From an uncultured Gammaproteobacteria bacterium (GTDB lineage: Bacteria > Patescibacteriota > Patescibacteriia > Patescibacteriales > GWC2-42-12): a stretch of 64,000 bases of DNA. The stretch is taken from assembly GCA_964560005.1 (NCBI GenBank), contig CAZLKB010000002.1, positions 192,381 through 256,380 of the forward strand. The letters are read 5' to 3'. The position numbers and the translations under genes were made by a program. Below the pieces are notes generated by a model. It searched no databases. It saw only the letters and a list, made by a program, of their open reading frames with translations, and was not told the origin of the DNA. Of the stretch, positions 56,071 to 64,000 are shown in pieces (positions within the stretch are counted from its first letter, which is position 1; each line of letters begins with the position of its first letter).

Positions 56071-56838
56071 CTAGCTGGGGTTGGAACGCGGCGTGGGGTG
56101 GCTTGGGCAGAATGTAGGTGGTTCGCGGTCAAAAGCCGCTTTAACCACTTCTTCCGTCGTGGCGCCGATCATATCGTCGCCCGGGCGCCAATCAACCGAT
56201 TGGCCGGTCGCGGGAGGGCGAAAGATGCAGCGGAAGTGGCCTTCCGCGATCATCTGCAGATCGCGGATTTCGTTCCGGCGCAGTTGAACATTCGCCTGAT
56301 TCATCACCCCTGAGAAATTCAGGGTGACGATTGATCCCTTAACCGGGCTGGCGTCGCCTTCGAGCGATAACGCCTCTTGGTTAAAGAAGCCGAACATTTT
56401 CCAGTAGACCCCATCGAAGTACCGACGGGCAACCGATTTCTGCTTGTCTGTCAAGCAGATTTCGGATGTGGCGTTCAGCGACCAGGTCAGTCGGAGGCGG
56501 ATGTGTTCTTCGTCTCCTTGCTTTTCAAAGGTTTCGGCCACGATCAGGGAATATCCCTGTTTCTTTAGGTCGGCCGCCAGCTTGGTGGGGCTGACGATTT
56601 TCTGACCGTCTTTGCCGAACAGCAGGTTGCCGCCGTCGGCCACCTTGTTCCCGGCCGCATCGGTTCTGCCCAGACGATAAACATCTTTGCCAGGCGTCCT
56701 TTGCTCAGAGAGGCGATTCATTGCCTCCTGTTGTTCCTTCGTCCGAAGGATGTTCTGGAATCCGGCCTTGACCAGTTCGCTGGCCATGAATTTGAGCATG
56801 GAAATGCTCACCATGATGTTATCTACTTTTGTTTTCAT
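56071..56838 (-). CDS. Hypothetical protein encoded by a GC-rich island (255 aa)
   Basis: Long ORF in a GC-rich segment with an A-rich SD-less leader. No signal peptide and no recognisable domain. Confidence 0.65.
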   Translation of the reverse strand: MKTKVDNIMVSISMLKFMASELVKAGFQNILRTKEQQEAMNRLSEQRTPGKDVYRLGRTDAAGNKVADGGNLLFGKDGQKIVSPTKLAADLKKQGYSLIVAETFEKQGDEEHIRLRLTWSLNATSEICLTDKQKSVARRYFDGVYWKMFGFFNQEALSLEGDASPVKGSIVTLNFSGVMNQANVQLRRNEIRDLQMIAEGHFRCIFRPPATGQSVDWRPGDDMIGATTEEVVKAAFDREPPTFCPSHPTPRSNPS

Positions 56839-56879
56839 TTTCTTTTCTTTTTTTTCTGTTTTGTTTTCTTTTGATTGGT

Positions 56880-57053
56880 TTATTCCTCAATCCGATGGTT
56901 GGCCGCGTCCCTGAACTCCGGCCTGCGACCGTTCCTGCGCAGGCAGCACAGGGTACGAAACGGCCGCACATAGATAATCGGCCGAAACTCCACGGGTTTG
57001 GGAAACCGGATTTTCACCGGTAAGACCAACTTATTAATTTCTGGTTTTTTCAT
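56880..57053 (-). CDS. Small basic protein (57 aa); below the ORF-track length cutoff
   Basis: Manual translation MKKPEINKLVLPVKIRFPKPVEFRPIIYVRPFRTLCCLRRNGRRPEFRDAANHRIEE. Same strand and same leader style as the downstream 255-aa gene. Confidence 0.35.
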   Translation of the reverse strand: MKKPEINKLVLPVKIRFPKPVEFRPIIYVRPFRTLCCLRRNGRRPEFRDAANHRIEE

Positions 57054-57090
57054 GCTGTTTTCCTTTCTTGTTTTGTTTTTTTTATTTTTT

Positions 57091-57143
57091 GCTTTCTGCT
57101 TAATTAAAGCAATAAGCTGTACGGCCTTAATTAAGCAGAAAGC
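57091..57143. repeat. Hairpin between the promoter and GC-rich cassette 3
   Basis: GCTTTCTGCTTAATTAAAGC / GCCTTAATTAAGCAGAAAGC (19 of 20 bp) with a 13-nt loop. Confidence 0.85.
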
Positions 57144-57171
57144 TGGATTTTAAAGAGCAGTCTGACTTTAT

Positions 57172-57200
57172 ACAATAGCATATTTTTTGATTGTTGTCAA
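57172..57200 (-). promoter_or_regulatory. Candidate minus-strand promoter TTGACA-17-TATTGT
   Basis: Reverse complement of 57195-57200 is TTGACA. Reverse complement of 57172-57177 is TATTGT. The spacer is 17 nt. Confidence 0.45.
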
Positions 57201-57406
57201 TGTAAAATTGGTTTTTATTAATATTTTACCTAATTTTAGCTAATATAATTATGTATTTATTTTAACCGAATATTTGTAATCATGAAATATAATAAAATAT
57301 TTTTTCGTTCTTATTTTTCTAATTTTGTGTTATAATATTCTTAACCGTCTGTGCATAAGATAAATTTTATTTAATCGAGGAAATAATTTACCTGAATTTA
57401 ATATAA

Positions 57407-60172
57407 ATGCGCTTAAAAAAATTTAAAAATTTAAGAATAAGGAACGGCCGGCAGACCTCCCGCTTTGTGGTAGACTTAAAGCAAGAATTTGAGGCGCCCG
57501 AAGCCAAAGAAATAAAGGATTCGGCGATTGAATTAAAGCTGGAAAAACTGGCCGAGCTGGATTACAAAAAATATTTTAAGGCCGGCAAAGATAAAGCCAA
57601 GTCCGCGCTATTTAGTGTAAAAAACGGCTTATTAGAGATTGCCGACGCCGCTTTAATTCCGCCCGAGCGAAAACCTAAATCAGCCCCGATAGTTAGTCCG
57701 TGGGCCGTACCGGCTCACCGTAATAATAAATGGCTTGAATTAATCAATCAAATCGCCTTCGTCAGCCTGGCTAAATTAATTTTTTCTATTTTAATAAAAC
57801 TTTTTAAATTGCTCGTCAAGGTTTGCTATTCAGCCGGCTGGCTAGCGATGTTTCTTCTCAGGCTTATTTACCTGGCCTTAAAGTCAATCATTTTGCCGTT
57901 AGGTCAATATTTAAAATATTTTTTCGTTTTATTTTATTCGCTTTCGGTAAAATTATTGAAAAATAATGCCGCAACCGTATTGTCCTTAGCCCAATCGCTT
58001 CATAAAACCGGCCAAGCCGATCAGTCGGCTCCCACTCAAGACGAGGCCGTAGAGGAACCGATAGTTGAGCCCGCAGAAGAGCTTATTAATCAACTTGATG
58101 AACCGGAAGCGATAGATGAGCCCGAATCTGTATTAAGCCGAACAGGAGGGTTTTTCAGTTTGTTAAAACCGGCCGTAGTTTTCGCCGGCGTACTCTTAAT
58201 CCTGGTGCTGCCGGTAAAAGCTTTTACTTATTACAAAACCATTGACAGCGCCAAGGGCAAGGTGCTGGGCGCCAGCGAAAGCGCGATTAATAATCTTATT
58301 TCAGGCGGCCGAGCGGCGGCCGGCTTGGATTTTAACCAAGCGGATAAAAGCTTTACTCTGGCGAGCGATAATTTTTCCACGGCTCAAAATCAGTTAAGCG
58401 AAATCAATGGCTGGCTTTTTACGCTGGCTTCGGTCGTGCCAAATAAAAATATTCAATTGGCGGCGGCAAGCAAGCACATCCTAAGAGCCGGGGAATTAAG
58501 CTCCGCGGCCGGAAAAAACCTAAGCTTAGCCGTAGCCGGCTTGCTTGATTTCCAGCCTAAAAATAACGCCATAATTTTAAAAGATCTAAACAGCTACGGG
58601 CAAGCCGCCATAGCCAACATAACCGAGCTTAGCGGAGAACTGGATCAAATCAATAGCGGCATCTTACCCGAGGCTTATCAAAAAGATTTTATCTTGTTGA
58701 AGCGGAAAATCGCCGAGCTTAACCGAGGCCTTAAAGTTTTTATCGGCATTGCGGATAAGGCGAAAATATTTTTAGGCGACGGCATGATGAAGCGGTATTT
58801 GCTGGTTTTCCAAAATAACGCCGAGCTTAGAGCTACCGGAGGCTTTATCGGCAGTTTCGCCTTAATGGATTTATTAAACGGGCAAATAAAAAATATTGAA
58901 GCGCCCGCGGGCGGCAGCTACGATACCGAGGCCGGCCTGTTAAAGAAAATTAAAGCGCCCGAACCGCTTCGCTTGGTAAGATCGGATTGGCATTTCTGGG
59001 ACGCCAACTGGTGGCCGGACTGGCCGAGTTCGGCGCGAAAACTGGCTTGGTTTTATGAAAATAGCGATGGGCCGACGGTTGACGGAGTGATCGGCTTTAC
59101 GCCCACGGTTATGGAAAGAATTTTAAAAGTTATCGGTCCGATTGATTTAAGCGAAAGCTACGGCGCGGTGATAGACGCTGATAATTTTTGGGCCGTTACC
59201 CAAGAGTTTTCCGAGCAGAAACCAGATGTGACCAAGCAGCCGAAAAAAATTATCGGCGATTTAATGAATAAAATCATTGAGGAACTGCCCGGCCGTTTAA
59301 ATAAAAGCAATTTATTCGGTTTATTGAAAGCTGTGGAAGAATCACTCCTTGATAAAAATATTCTATTTTATTTCACCGATGGAGAGCTGGAGGCCATGGC
59401 GGAGGAACTGGGCTGGGACGGGGGCGTTAAAGAAACCGCGGGAGATTATTTAATGGTGGTGAATACGAATATCGCCGGAGGCAAGAGCGATCGGAAAATC
59501 AAGCAGGAAATCATCCACCGGGCGAGAATTCAAGCCGACGGCTCGATTATTGATAGTTTAACTATCAGGCGAACCCACGAAGGCGTTAAGCGAGAGCCCT
59601 TTTCCGGCGTCAGGAATGTAGATTGGCTAAGGATATACGCGCCATTGGGATCAAAATTAATTTCCGCCTCGGGGTTTAAGCCGGTGGATAAAATATTTTT
59701 TGAAACCGCCGAACCGGATTGGCCGGATGACCCCGATGTTTTAAAAGCCGAAGCCGGCGCTTTAATAGATGAAGCCAGCGGCACTAAAATTTATAATGAA
59801 CTTAATAAAACGGTTTTCGCCAATTGGTCCCAGCTGGATCCGGGGGAAACGATTGAAATAAATCTTGAGTATCAACTGCCCTTTAAGCTGACGCCGGAAG
59901 AAATTGATTCGGATCAAAGCCTAATCGGCCGGCTTTTAACCAAAACTAATTCAGCTCTTAATCCGGAGCAAAAAAAACTTTATTCCTATTCACTACTGGC
60001 GCAAAAACAACCGGGCATGAATTTATCGTCTTTTTTAAGCGAACTTAAGTTAAGCGATAATTATCTGCCTATTTGGAAATACCCGGCTGATTTAACCGCT
60101 AATAACGGCTGGCTTTTTAGCCGGGATTTTAATCAAGACCTGATGGCGGCAATAATGGTGGAAAAAAAGTAA
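57407..60172 (+). CDS. DUF4012-like membrane-anchored envelope protein (long form, 921 aa)
   Basis: VFQNNAELRATGGFIGSF motif and overall collinearity with 36674-38668. Extended N-terminal region with TM helices. Confidence 0.65.
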   Translation: MRLKKFKNLRIRNGRQTSRFVVDLKQEFEAPEAKEIKDSAIELKLEKLAELDYKKYFKAGKDKAKSALFSVKNGLLEIADAALIPPERKPKSAPIVSPWAVPAHRNNKWLELINQIAFVSLAKLIFSILIKLFKLLVKVCYSAGWLAMFLLRLIYLALKSIILPLGQYLKYFFVLFYSLSVKLLKNNAATVLSLAQSLHKTGQADQSAPTQDEAVEEPIVEPAEELINQLDEPEAIDEPESVLSRTGGFFSLLKPAVVFAGVLLILVLPVKAFTYYKTIDSAKGKVLGASESAINNLISGGRAAAGLDFNQADKSFTLASDNFSTAQNQLSEINGWLFTLASVVPNKNIQLAAASKHILRAGELSSAAGKNLSLAVAGLLDFQPKNNAIILKDLNSYGQAAIANITELSGELDQINSGILPEAYQKDFILLKRKIAELNRGLKVFIGIADKAKIFLGDGMMKRYLLVFQNNAELRATGGFIGSFALMDLLNGQIKNIEAPAGGSYDTEAGLLKKIKAPEPLRLVRSDWHFWDANWWPDWPSSARKLAWFYENSDGPTVDGVIGFTPTVMERILKVIGPIDLSESYGAVIDADNFWAVTQEFSEQKPDVTKQPKKIIGDLMNKIIEELPGRLNKSNLFGLLKAVEESLLDKNILFYFTDGELEAMAEELGWDGGVKETAGDYLMVVNTNIAGGKSDRKIKQEIIHRARIQADGSIIDSLTIRRTHEGVKREPFSGVRNVDWLRIYAPLGSKLISASGFKPVDKIFFETAEPDWPDDPDVLKAEAGALIDEASGTKIYNELNKTVFANWSQLDPGETIEINLEYQLPFKLTPEEIDSDQSLIGRLLTKTNSALNPEQKKLYSYSLLAQKQPGMNLSSFLSELKLSDNYLPIWKYPADLTANNGWLFSRDFNQDLMAAIMVEKK

Positions 60173-60180
60173 ATATAAGT

Positions 60181-60273
60181 TCCCCAAACCCTGACAATCC
60201 CCCTTACCCTCCCGCATCAAGTGCGGGACAGGCTCTTTATCAAGGGGGTATCTCTCAAGGGGGCAAAAAAAAT
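60181..60273 (+). promoter_or_regulatory. Conserved 5' motif, second copy (CCCCCTTACCCTCCCGC...TTATCAAGGGGG...TCAAGGGGGCAAAA)
   Basis: See 45631-45684. Inner hairpin CCCGCA-TCAAGT-GCGGG. The CAAGGGGG element is duplicated. Confidence 0.45.
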
Positions 60274-62244
60274 ATGAAAAACAATGAAATAAAAATTAAA
60301 CACAGTTCATCCAGCTTGTCGGAATTCGTTAAAAGGCCATTACCCAACGACGACGAAGTAGCAGCTTTTGAAAAGTACGCCGTGAACGAAGCCAAAGAAA
60401 CAGAAATAAAAGACAGCCTGGCCAGGATCTATAAAGATGACCGCGGCGAAAAGCTTGATATTAAAACTTTAACCGTTAAACCAAGACGGGGTTTTTTATT
60501 TAACTTATTTTCTTTTATTATAGTGGTATTCATTTTAGGAGGCTCGGCTTATGCGATTTATAATTATATTTATCTTAAAGTTAATATTGTTAAGCAGCCG
60601 ATTAGCCTTAATATTTCGGCCTTAAAAGAAGTCGCCGCCGGCGAAGAATTTTATTACAGCCTGGATTACAAAAACGAAGACAATGTGGCCATCAACAATA
60701 TTGAAATTAAAGTCCAATATCCTAACAGCTTTATTTTCATAGAGAGCGAGCCGGCGCCGAGCAAAAATAACGACACCTGGGAAATCGCTGGTTTGGGCGC
60801 TCATCGCAGTAATATTATCAAAATAAAAGGCAAATTAGCCGGAAAATTGGACACCAACAACATTATTATCGCCGATATGGTCTATCGGCCGGAAAATTTT
60901 TCCAGTGAATTTAAAAAATCAGCCGTTTTTGAAATGAAAATCAATGATCTGGGTTTGGATTTTAATTTCGTAAACACTAACAGCGTCTTGGTTAATGAAG
61001 CCAGCGAGATTTTAATAAAATTTAAAGCCAAGGAAGAAAACTATATTAATAATTTTCGCTTAAGCCTGGACTATCCCGAAGAAGCGCAAATTTTAAACAA
61101 GGCGGAAGACTATAAAACGGCCACCGGCACGCCGTCTATTTCTTTAATTCAAACCAACGGCTTAGCTTCCTGGCTGGTCGGCAATTTGGGCGAAAATGAA
61201 AACGAAATTAAAATAAACTTTAAAGTTAAAGAAAAAAAGCAGCCCGGCATTAATTTTAAATTAAAGTTTGAATTGCCGGTATCGGCTTCTCCCGACCAGC
61301 CGTCTAAGTACTATTTATTTTACGAAAAAGATTTAAGCTACGAGATAATTAAAAGCGATTTAAACATCAATCTGATCGTCAACGGATCGCCTTTAGACCA
61401 GCCGATTAATTTCGGTGAAACTTTGAATTATTCAATAAATTACGCCAACAAGGGTGAAACTTTAATGAAAGATGTGATTATCATGGCGGTTTTGGAAAGC
61501 GATTTCCTTGATTGGCTTAGTTTAACCGATCAAAATAATGGCAAAGTTAGCGGCAATACGATCAGCTGGAGCAAAACGGAAATTCCCGGTTTAGCCGAAT
61601 TGGCCAGCGGCGCCGAAGGAGCGATTGATTTGGCCATTAAAGTCAAGCCGTTGGCCGCCATTGATTTAAGCAAAACTTATCAGATAAAAAGCTATATAAA
61701 ATACAGCGTTCTAGGCAAGAGCGCCAGCGGAGAAAATCAAAGCAATACCATTATCAATAAAATCAATAGCGATTTAAGCTTAAGCGAACAGTTAAGATAT
61801 TTCAGCGATGATAATATGGCCGTGGGCTCCGGGCCTTTGCCGCCGAAAGTCGGCCAAGCCACCAGCCTAAAAGTCTACTGGACCATAAGCAATAACCTCC
61901 ATGAATTGGATAATTTGCGAGTTAGCGTGGCCTTGCCGAATAATATCAGATGGGATGGAAAAAATCGGTCGTCAACCGGCTCCATAAATTATGACAGTCA
62001 AACCAATCAGGTGGTCTGGCAGATTGATCATTTATCAATCATGGGCTTTAAAACCGAAGCGGAATTTAATTTAAGCCTCTTGCCCCAAGAAGCCGATCGC
62101 AATAAGATTATGGTCATACTGCCTGGCACTGATTTTACCGCCACCGATCTTGAAACCGGCGTAACCATCAGCAAAACCCTAAAAGCTAAAACTTCAAAAC
62201 TGGAAGATGATAATATGGTAAGCGGGGACGGAGTAGTACAGTAA
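60274..62244 (+). CDS. Membrane-anchored surface protein with DUF11-like repeat domains
   Basis: N-terminal TM. Repeated G(E)...Y...Y.N.G......V/I beta-sandwich-type modules. Confidence 0.55.
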   Translation: MKNNEIKIKHSSSSLSEFVKRPLPNDDEVAAFEKYAVNEAKETEIKDSLARIYKDDRGEKLDIKTLTVKPRRGFLFNLFSFIIVVFILGGSAYAIYNYIYLKVNIVKQPISLNISALKEVAAGEEFYYSLDYKNEDNVAINNIEIKVQYPNSFIFIESEPAPSKNNDTWEIAGLGAHRSNIIKIKGKLAGKLDTNNIIIADMVYRPENFSSEFKKSAVFEMKINDLGLDFNFVNTNSVLVNEASEILIKFKAKEENYINNFRLSLDYPEEAQILNKAEDYKTATGTPSISLIQTNGLASWLVGNLGENENEIKINFKVKEKKQPGINFKLKFELPVSASPDQPSKYYLFYEKDLSYEIIKSDLNINLIVNGSPLDQPINFGETLNYSINYANKGETLMKDVIIMAVLESDFLDWLSLTDQNNGKVSGNTISWSKTEIPGLAELASGAEGAIDLAIKVKPLAAIDLSKTYQIKSYIKYSVLGKSASGENQSNTIINKINSDLSLSEQLRYFSDDNMAVGSGPLPPKVGQATSLKVYWTISNNLHELDNLRVSVALPNNIRWDGKNRSSTGSINYDSQTNQVVWQIDHLSIMGFKTEAEFNLSLLPQEADRNKIMVILPGTDFTATDLETGVTISKTLKAKTSKLEDDNMVSGDGVVQ

Positions 62245-62253
62245 TACGGCCTG

Positions 62254-62282
62254 GTGTCATTCCGGCCTCCGAGCCGGAATCC
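62254..62282. repeat. GTCAT-anchored hairpin (same sequence as 2709-2735)
   Basis: GTGTCATTCCGGCCTCCGAGCCGGAATCC. Confidence 0.85.
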
Positions 62283-62316
62283 AGATTTCACGAATGGTGT
62301 AAAAACTAAAAAAATG

Positions 62317-62342
62317 GATCCCGGGTCAAGCCCGGGATGACA
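62317..62342. repeat. GTCAT-anchored hairpin, variant, in inverted orientation
   Basis: GGATCCCGGGTCAAGCCCGGGATGACA. The reverse complement is TGTCATCCCGGGCTTGACCCGGGATCC. Confidence 0.85.
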
Positions 62343-62352
62343 AAACAGAAAC

Positions 62353-63492
62353 ATGTTCAAGATTCTAAAAAAATCCAAAATTTCCAAGGCTCGCCTTGGT
62401 TTAATAGAAACGCAGCACGGGAGGTTAACCACTCCCTTTTTTATGCCTGACGCCACCTTCGGGCAGATAAAGAATTTAAGCAATCAAGATTTGACAAGTT
62501 TGGATTTAGGCTGCTTGGTTGTTAATACCCTGCACTTATCCTTGCGCCCGGGCGTTAAAATAGTAAAAAAAATCCACGGCTTACATAATTACACCGGCTG
62601 GCAGAGGCCGATTTTGTCGGATAGCGGCGGTTATCAGGTTTTTTCGCTTATCCACAGAAATTCAAACCTAGCTCAAGGAAAAATCACCGATCACGGCGCA
62701 ATTTTTTCCTCGCCCTTGAACGGAGAAAAGATTAAATTAACGCCGGAGCAATCAATTAAAATACAATTTGACTTGGGCGCGGATATGGTGGTTTGCCTGG
62801 ATGATTGCCCGCCCAACGATTACGAAGACGCTAAGCTAGAAATCGCGGTTAAGCGCACGATCGGCTGGGCCAAAAGATGCTTTAAGGAGTTTAATAAGCA
62901 AGTAGAGATCCGTTCGCTAAAAAATAAGCGGCCGCTGATTTTCGCCGTCAGCCAGGGCGGGAAAAATCTAGCCTTAAGAAAATACTGCACCGAAGAACTT
63001 TTAAAAATCGGTTTTGACGGCATCGGTTTCGGCGCCAGGCATGTTGACGAGTCGGGAAAATTTTTAGATCAAGCTTTAAAAAGCAACGCGGAGTCCATTC
63101 CGGAAAATAAATTGCGCTTCGGCCTGGGTATCGGCTTGCCCTTTGATATAATCAGGTCGGTTAAAATGGGCTGGGATATGTTTGATTGCGTGATTCCGAC
63201 TCGGGAAGGCAGGCACGGCAGGCTTTTTCTTTGGAAAAGAAAGCCTAATTTTAATACGGATAATTTTTATGAAGCGATTAACATCACTAATGCAAAATTC
63301 GCCAAAGATTTTTCGCCGATTAACGAGAATAGCCGGCTGCCGGAATTACAAGAAAATTCCAAAGCCTATTTGAATTATTTATTTAAAATAAAGGAGCCGA
63401 CGGCTCTTCGTCTAGCCAGCTTGAATAATCTTGAATTTTATCTTAAACTATTAAGTGAAATCAGGCATCTTATAGATCAGAATGGATTTTAA
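62353..63492 (+). CDS. tgt: tRNA-guanine transglycosylase (queuine tRNA-ribosyltransferase)
   Basis: TPFFMPDAT, SDSGGYQVFSL, VSQGG and FDCVIPTR..RHG motifs. The C-terminal Zn site is absent (see findings). Confidence 0.85.
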   Translation: MFKILKKSKISKARLGLIETQHGRLTTPFFMPDATFGQIKNLSNQDLTSLDLGCLVVNTLHLSLRPGVKIVKKIHGLHNYTGWQRPILSDSGGYQVFSLIHRNSNLAQGKITDHGAIFSSPLNGEKIKLTPEQSIKIQFDLGADMVVCLDDCPPNDYEDAKLEIAVKRTIGWAKRCFKEFNKQVEIRSLKNKRPLIFAVSQGGKNLALRKYCTEELLKIGFDGIGFGARHVDESGKFLDQALKSNAESIPENKLRFGLGIGLPFDIIRSVKMGWDMFDCVIPTREGRHGRLFLWKRKPNFNTDNFYEAINITNAKFAKDFSPINENSRLPELQENSKAYLNYLFKIKEPTALRLASLNNLEFYLKLLSEIRHLIDQNGF

Positions 63493-63609
63493 ACTTTTTG
63501 GCAAGTTTTAATAAATCATTCTAGACAAAGCCAGACCGGCTGTGCTAAAATTATTAACATAATATCTTAACAATTTAATCGCCCTGTTTATCTTATAGGG
63601 CAAATCTCT

Positions 63610-64000
63610 ATGGAAGAAAAAAAGATTTTAACCAAGCATTTTACCGCCACCACCAAGGGTTTGGATTTCATTATCACCGCCTCTATATTCTTGGTGTTTT
63701 TTCTCTGCCCGATTTTTTTCACCGGCATTACCTCGCAAAGCTTCGGCTTTGAGAAGCTGACGCTGTTTTATTTTTTAGTTTTATTGGGCGCGGTTGCCTG
63801 GGTGACTAAAGCGGTTATCATCGGCGAATTGAACATAAAAAGAACGCCTTTGGACTGGCCGATCATCGGCTTATTGATAATTTTTATCGTTTCCACCGTT
63901 CTGTCGGTCAGCCAAAAAGACAGCCTGGTCGGCGTCTACGGCAATCCAGCGAAAAGTCTGGCCGCCGTTGTGATTTTTATTATTTTTTATTATTTGCTGA
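63610..64000 (+). CDS. Polytopic membrane protein, 3'-truncated by the window edge (O-antigen-ligase-like N-terminus)
   Basis: ATG 63610. The frame is open to the end of the window and hydrophobic helices begin at about residue 20. Confidence 0.5.
   Translation, partial: MEEKKILTKHFTATTKGLDFIITASIFLVFFLCPIFFTGITSQSFGFEKLTLFYFLVLLGAVAWVTKAVIIGELNIKRTPLDWPIIGLLIIFIVSTVLSVSQKDSLVGVYGNPAKSLAAVVIFIIFYYLL

Noticed and set aside
62028-62483. A 151-aa minus-strand ORF spanning the end of 60274-62244, the hairpin repeats and the start of tgt.
   Set aside because: It overlaps two well-supported plus-strand genes, and its middle is simply the translation of the GTCAT hairpin repeats (…HPGLDPGS…GFRLGGRND…). 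It is a repeat-derived artefact.

Overview
This is a 64-kb AT-rich bacterial chromosomal segment (roughly 40% GC by eye, standard genetic code, nearly all genes on the + strand). The gene content resembles a Candidate Phyla Radiation / Patescibacteria (Parcubacteria-like) genome. Housekeeping genes are cysS, dus, dnaX, mreB, lexA, truD, tgt and one tRNA-Gln(CUG). Other content: an orphan VirD4/TraD-like ATPase, an ECF sigma plus anti-sigma-like pair, a response regulator with a HlyD/MacB-type ABC efflux cluster, two DUF4012-like envelope proteins, and an S8 protease with FG-GAP repeats. Two long cell-surface glycan clusters lie at about 16.8-27.3 kb and 39.9-54.5 kb (GT2, GT4 and GT-C enzymes, Wzz/Wzy-like proteins, twin radical-SAM enzymes, a UXS-like SDR). 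I saw no CRISPR array, rRNA, transposase, integrase or recognisable defence operon. The unusual material is mostly non-coding or mobile. (1) Two ~90-aa GIY-YIG nuclease mini-cassettes are each bracketed by a direct duplication of structured host DNA: a terminator-like hairpin in one case, the 5' two-thirds of tRNA-Gln in the other. In both, the upstream copy is split by small GC-rich palindromes, and a family of GTCAT-anchored hairpins occurs nearby. (2) Many long intergenic hairpins have arms built from short tandem words, and there are two families of homologous compound hairpins. (3) Three GC-rich, self-contained expression cassettes (promoter, hairpin, A-rich SD-less leader, gene, terminator) sit in the AT-rich backbone. 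Two encode secreted proteins that share a C-terminal ...QFFR(L/F) tail. (4) The Tgt lacks all four canonical Zn ligands. (5) There are candidate leaderless promoters and a shared SD-sequestering 5' motif. All calls come from reading the sequence and ORF translations; no database search was possible.
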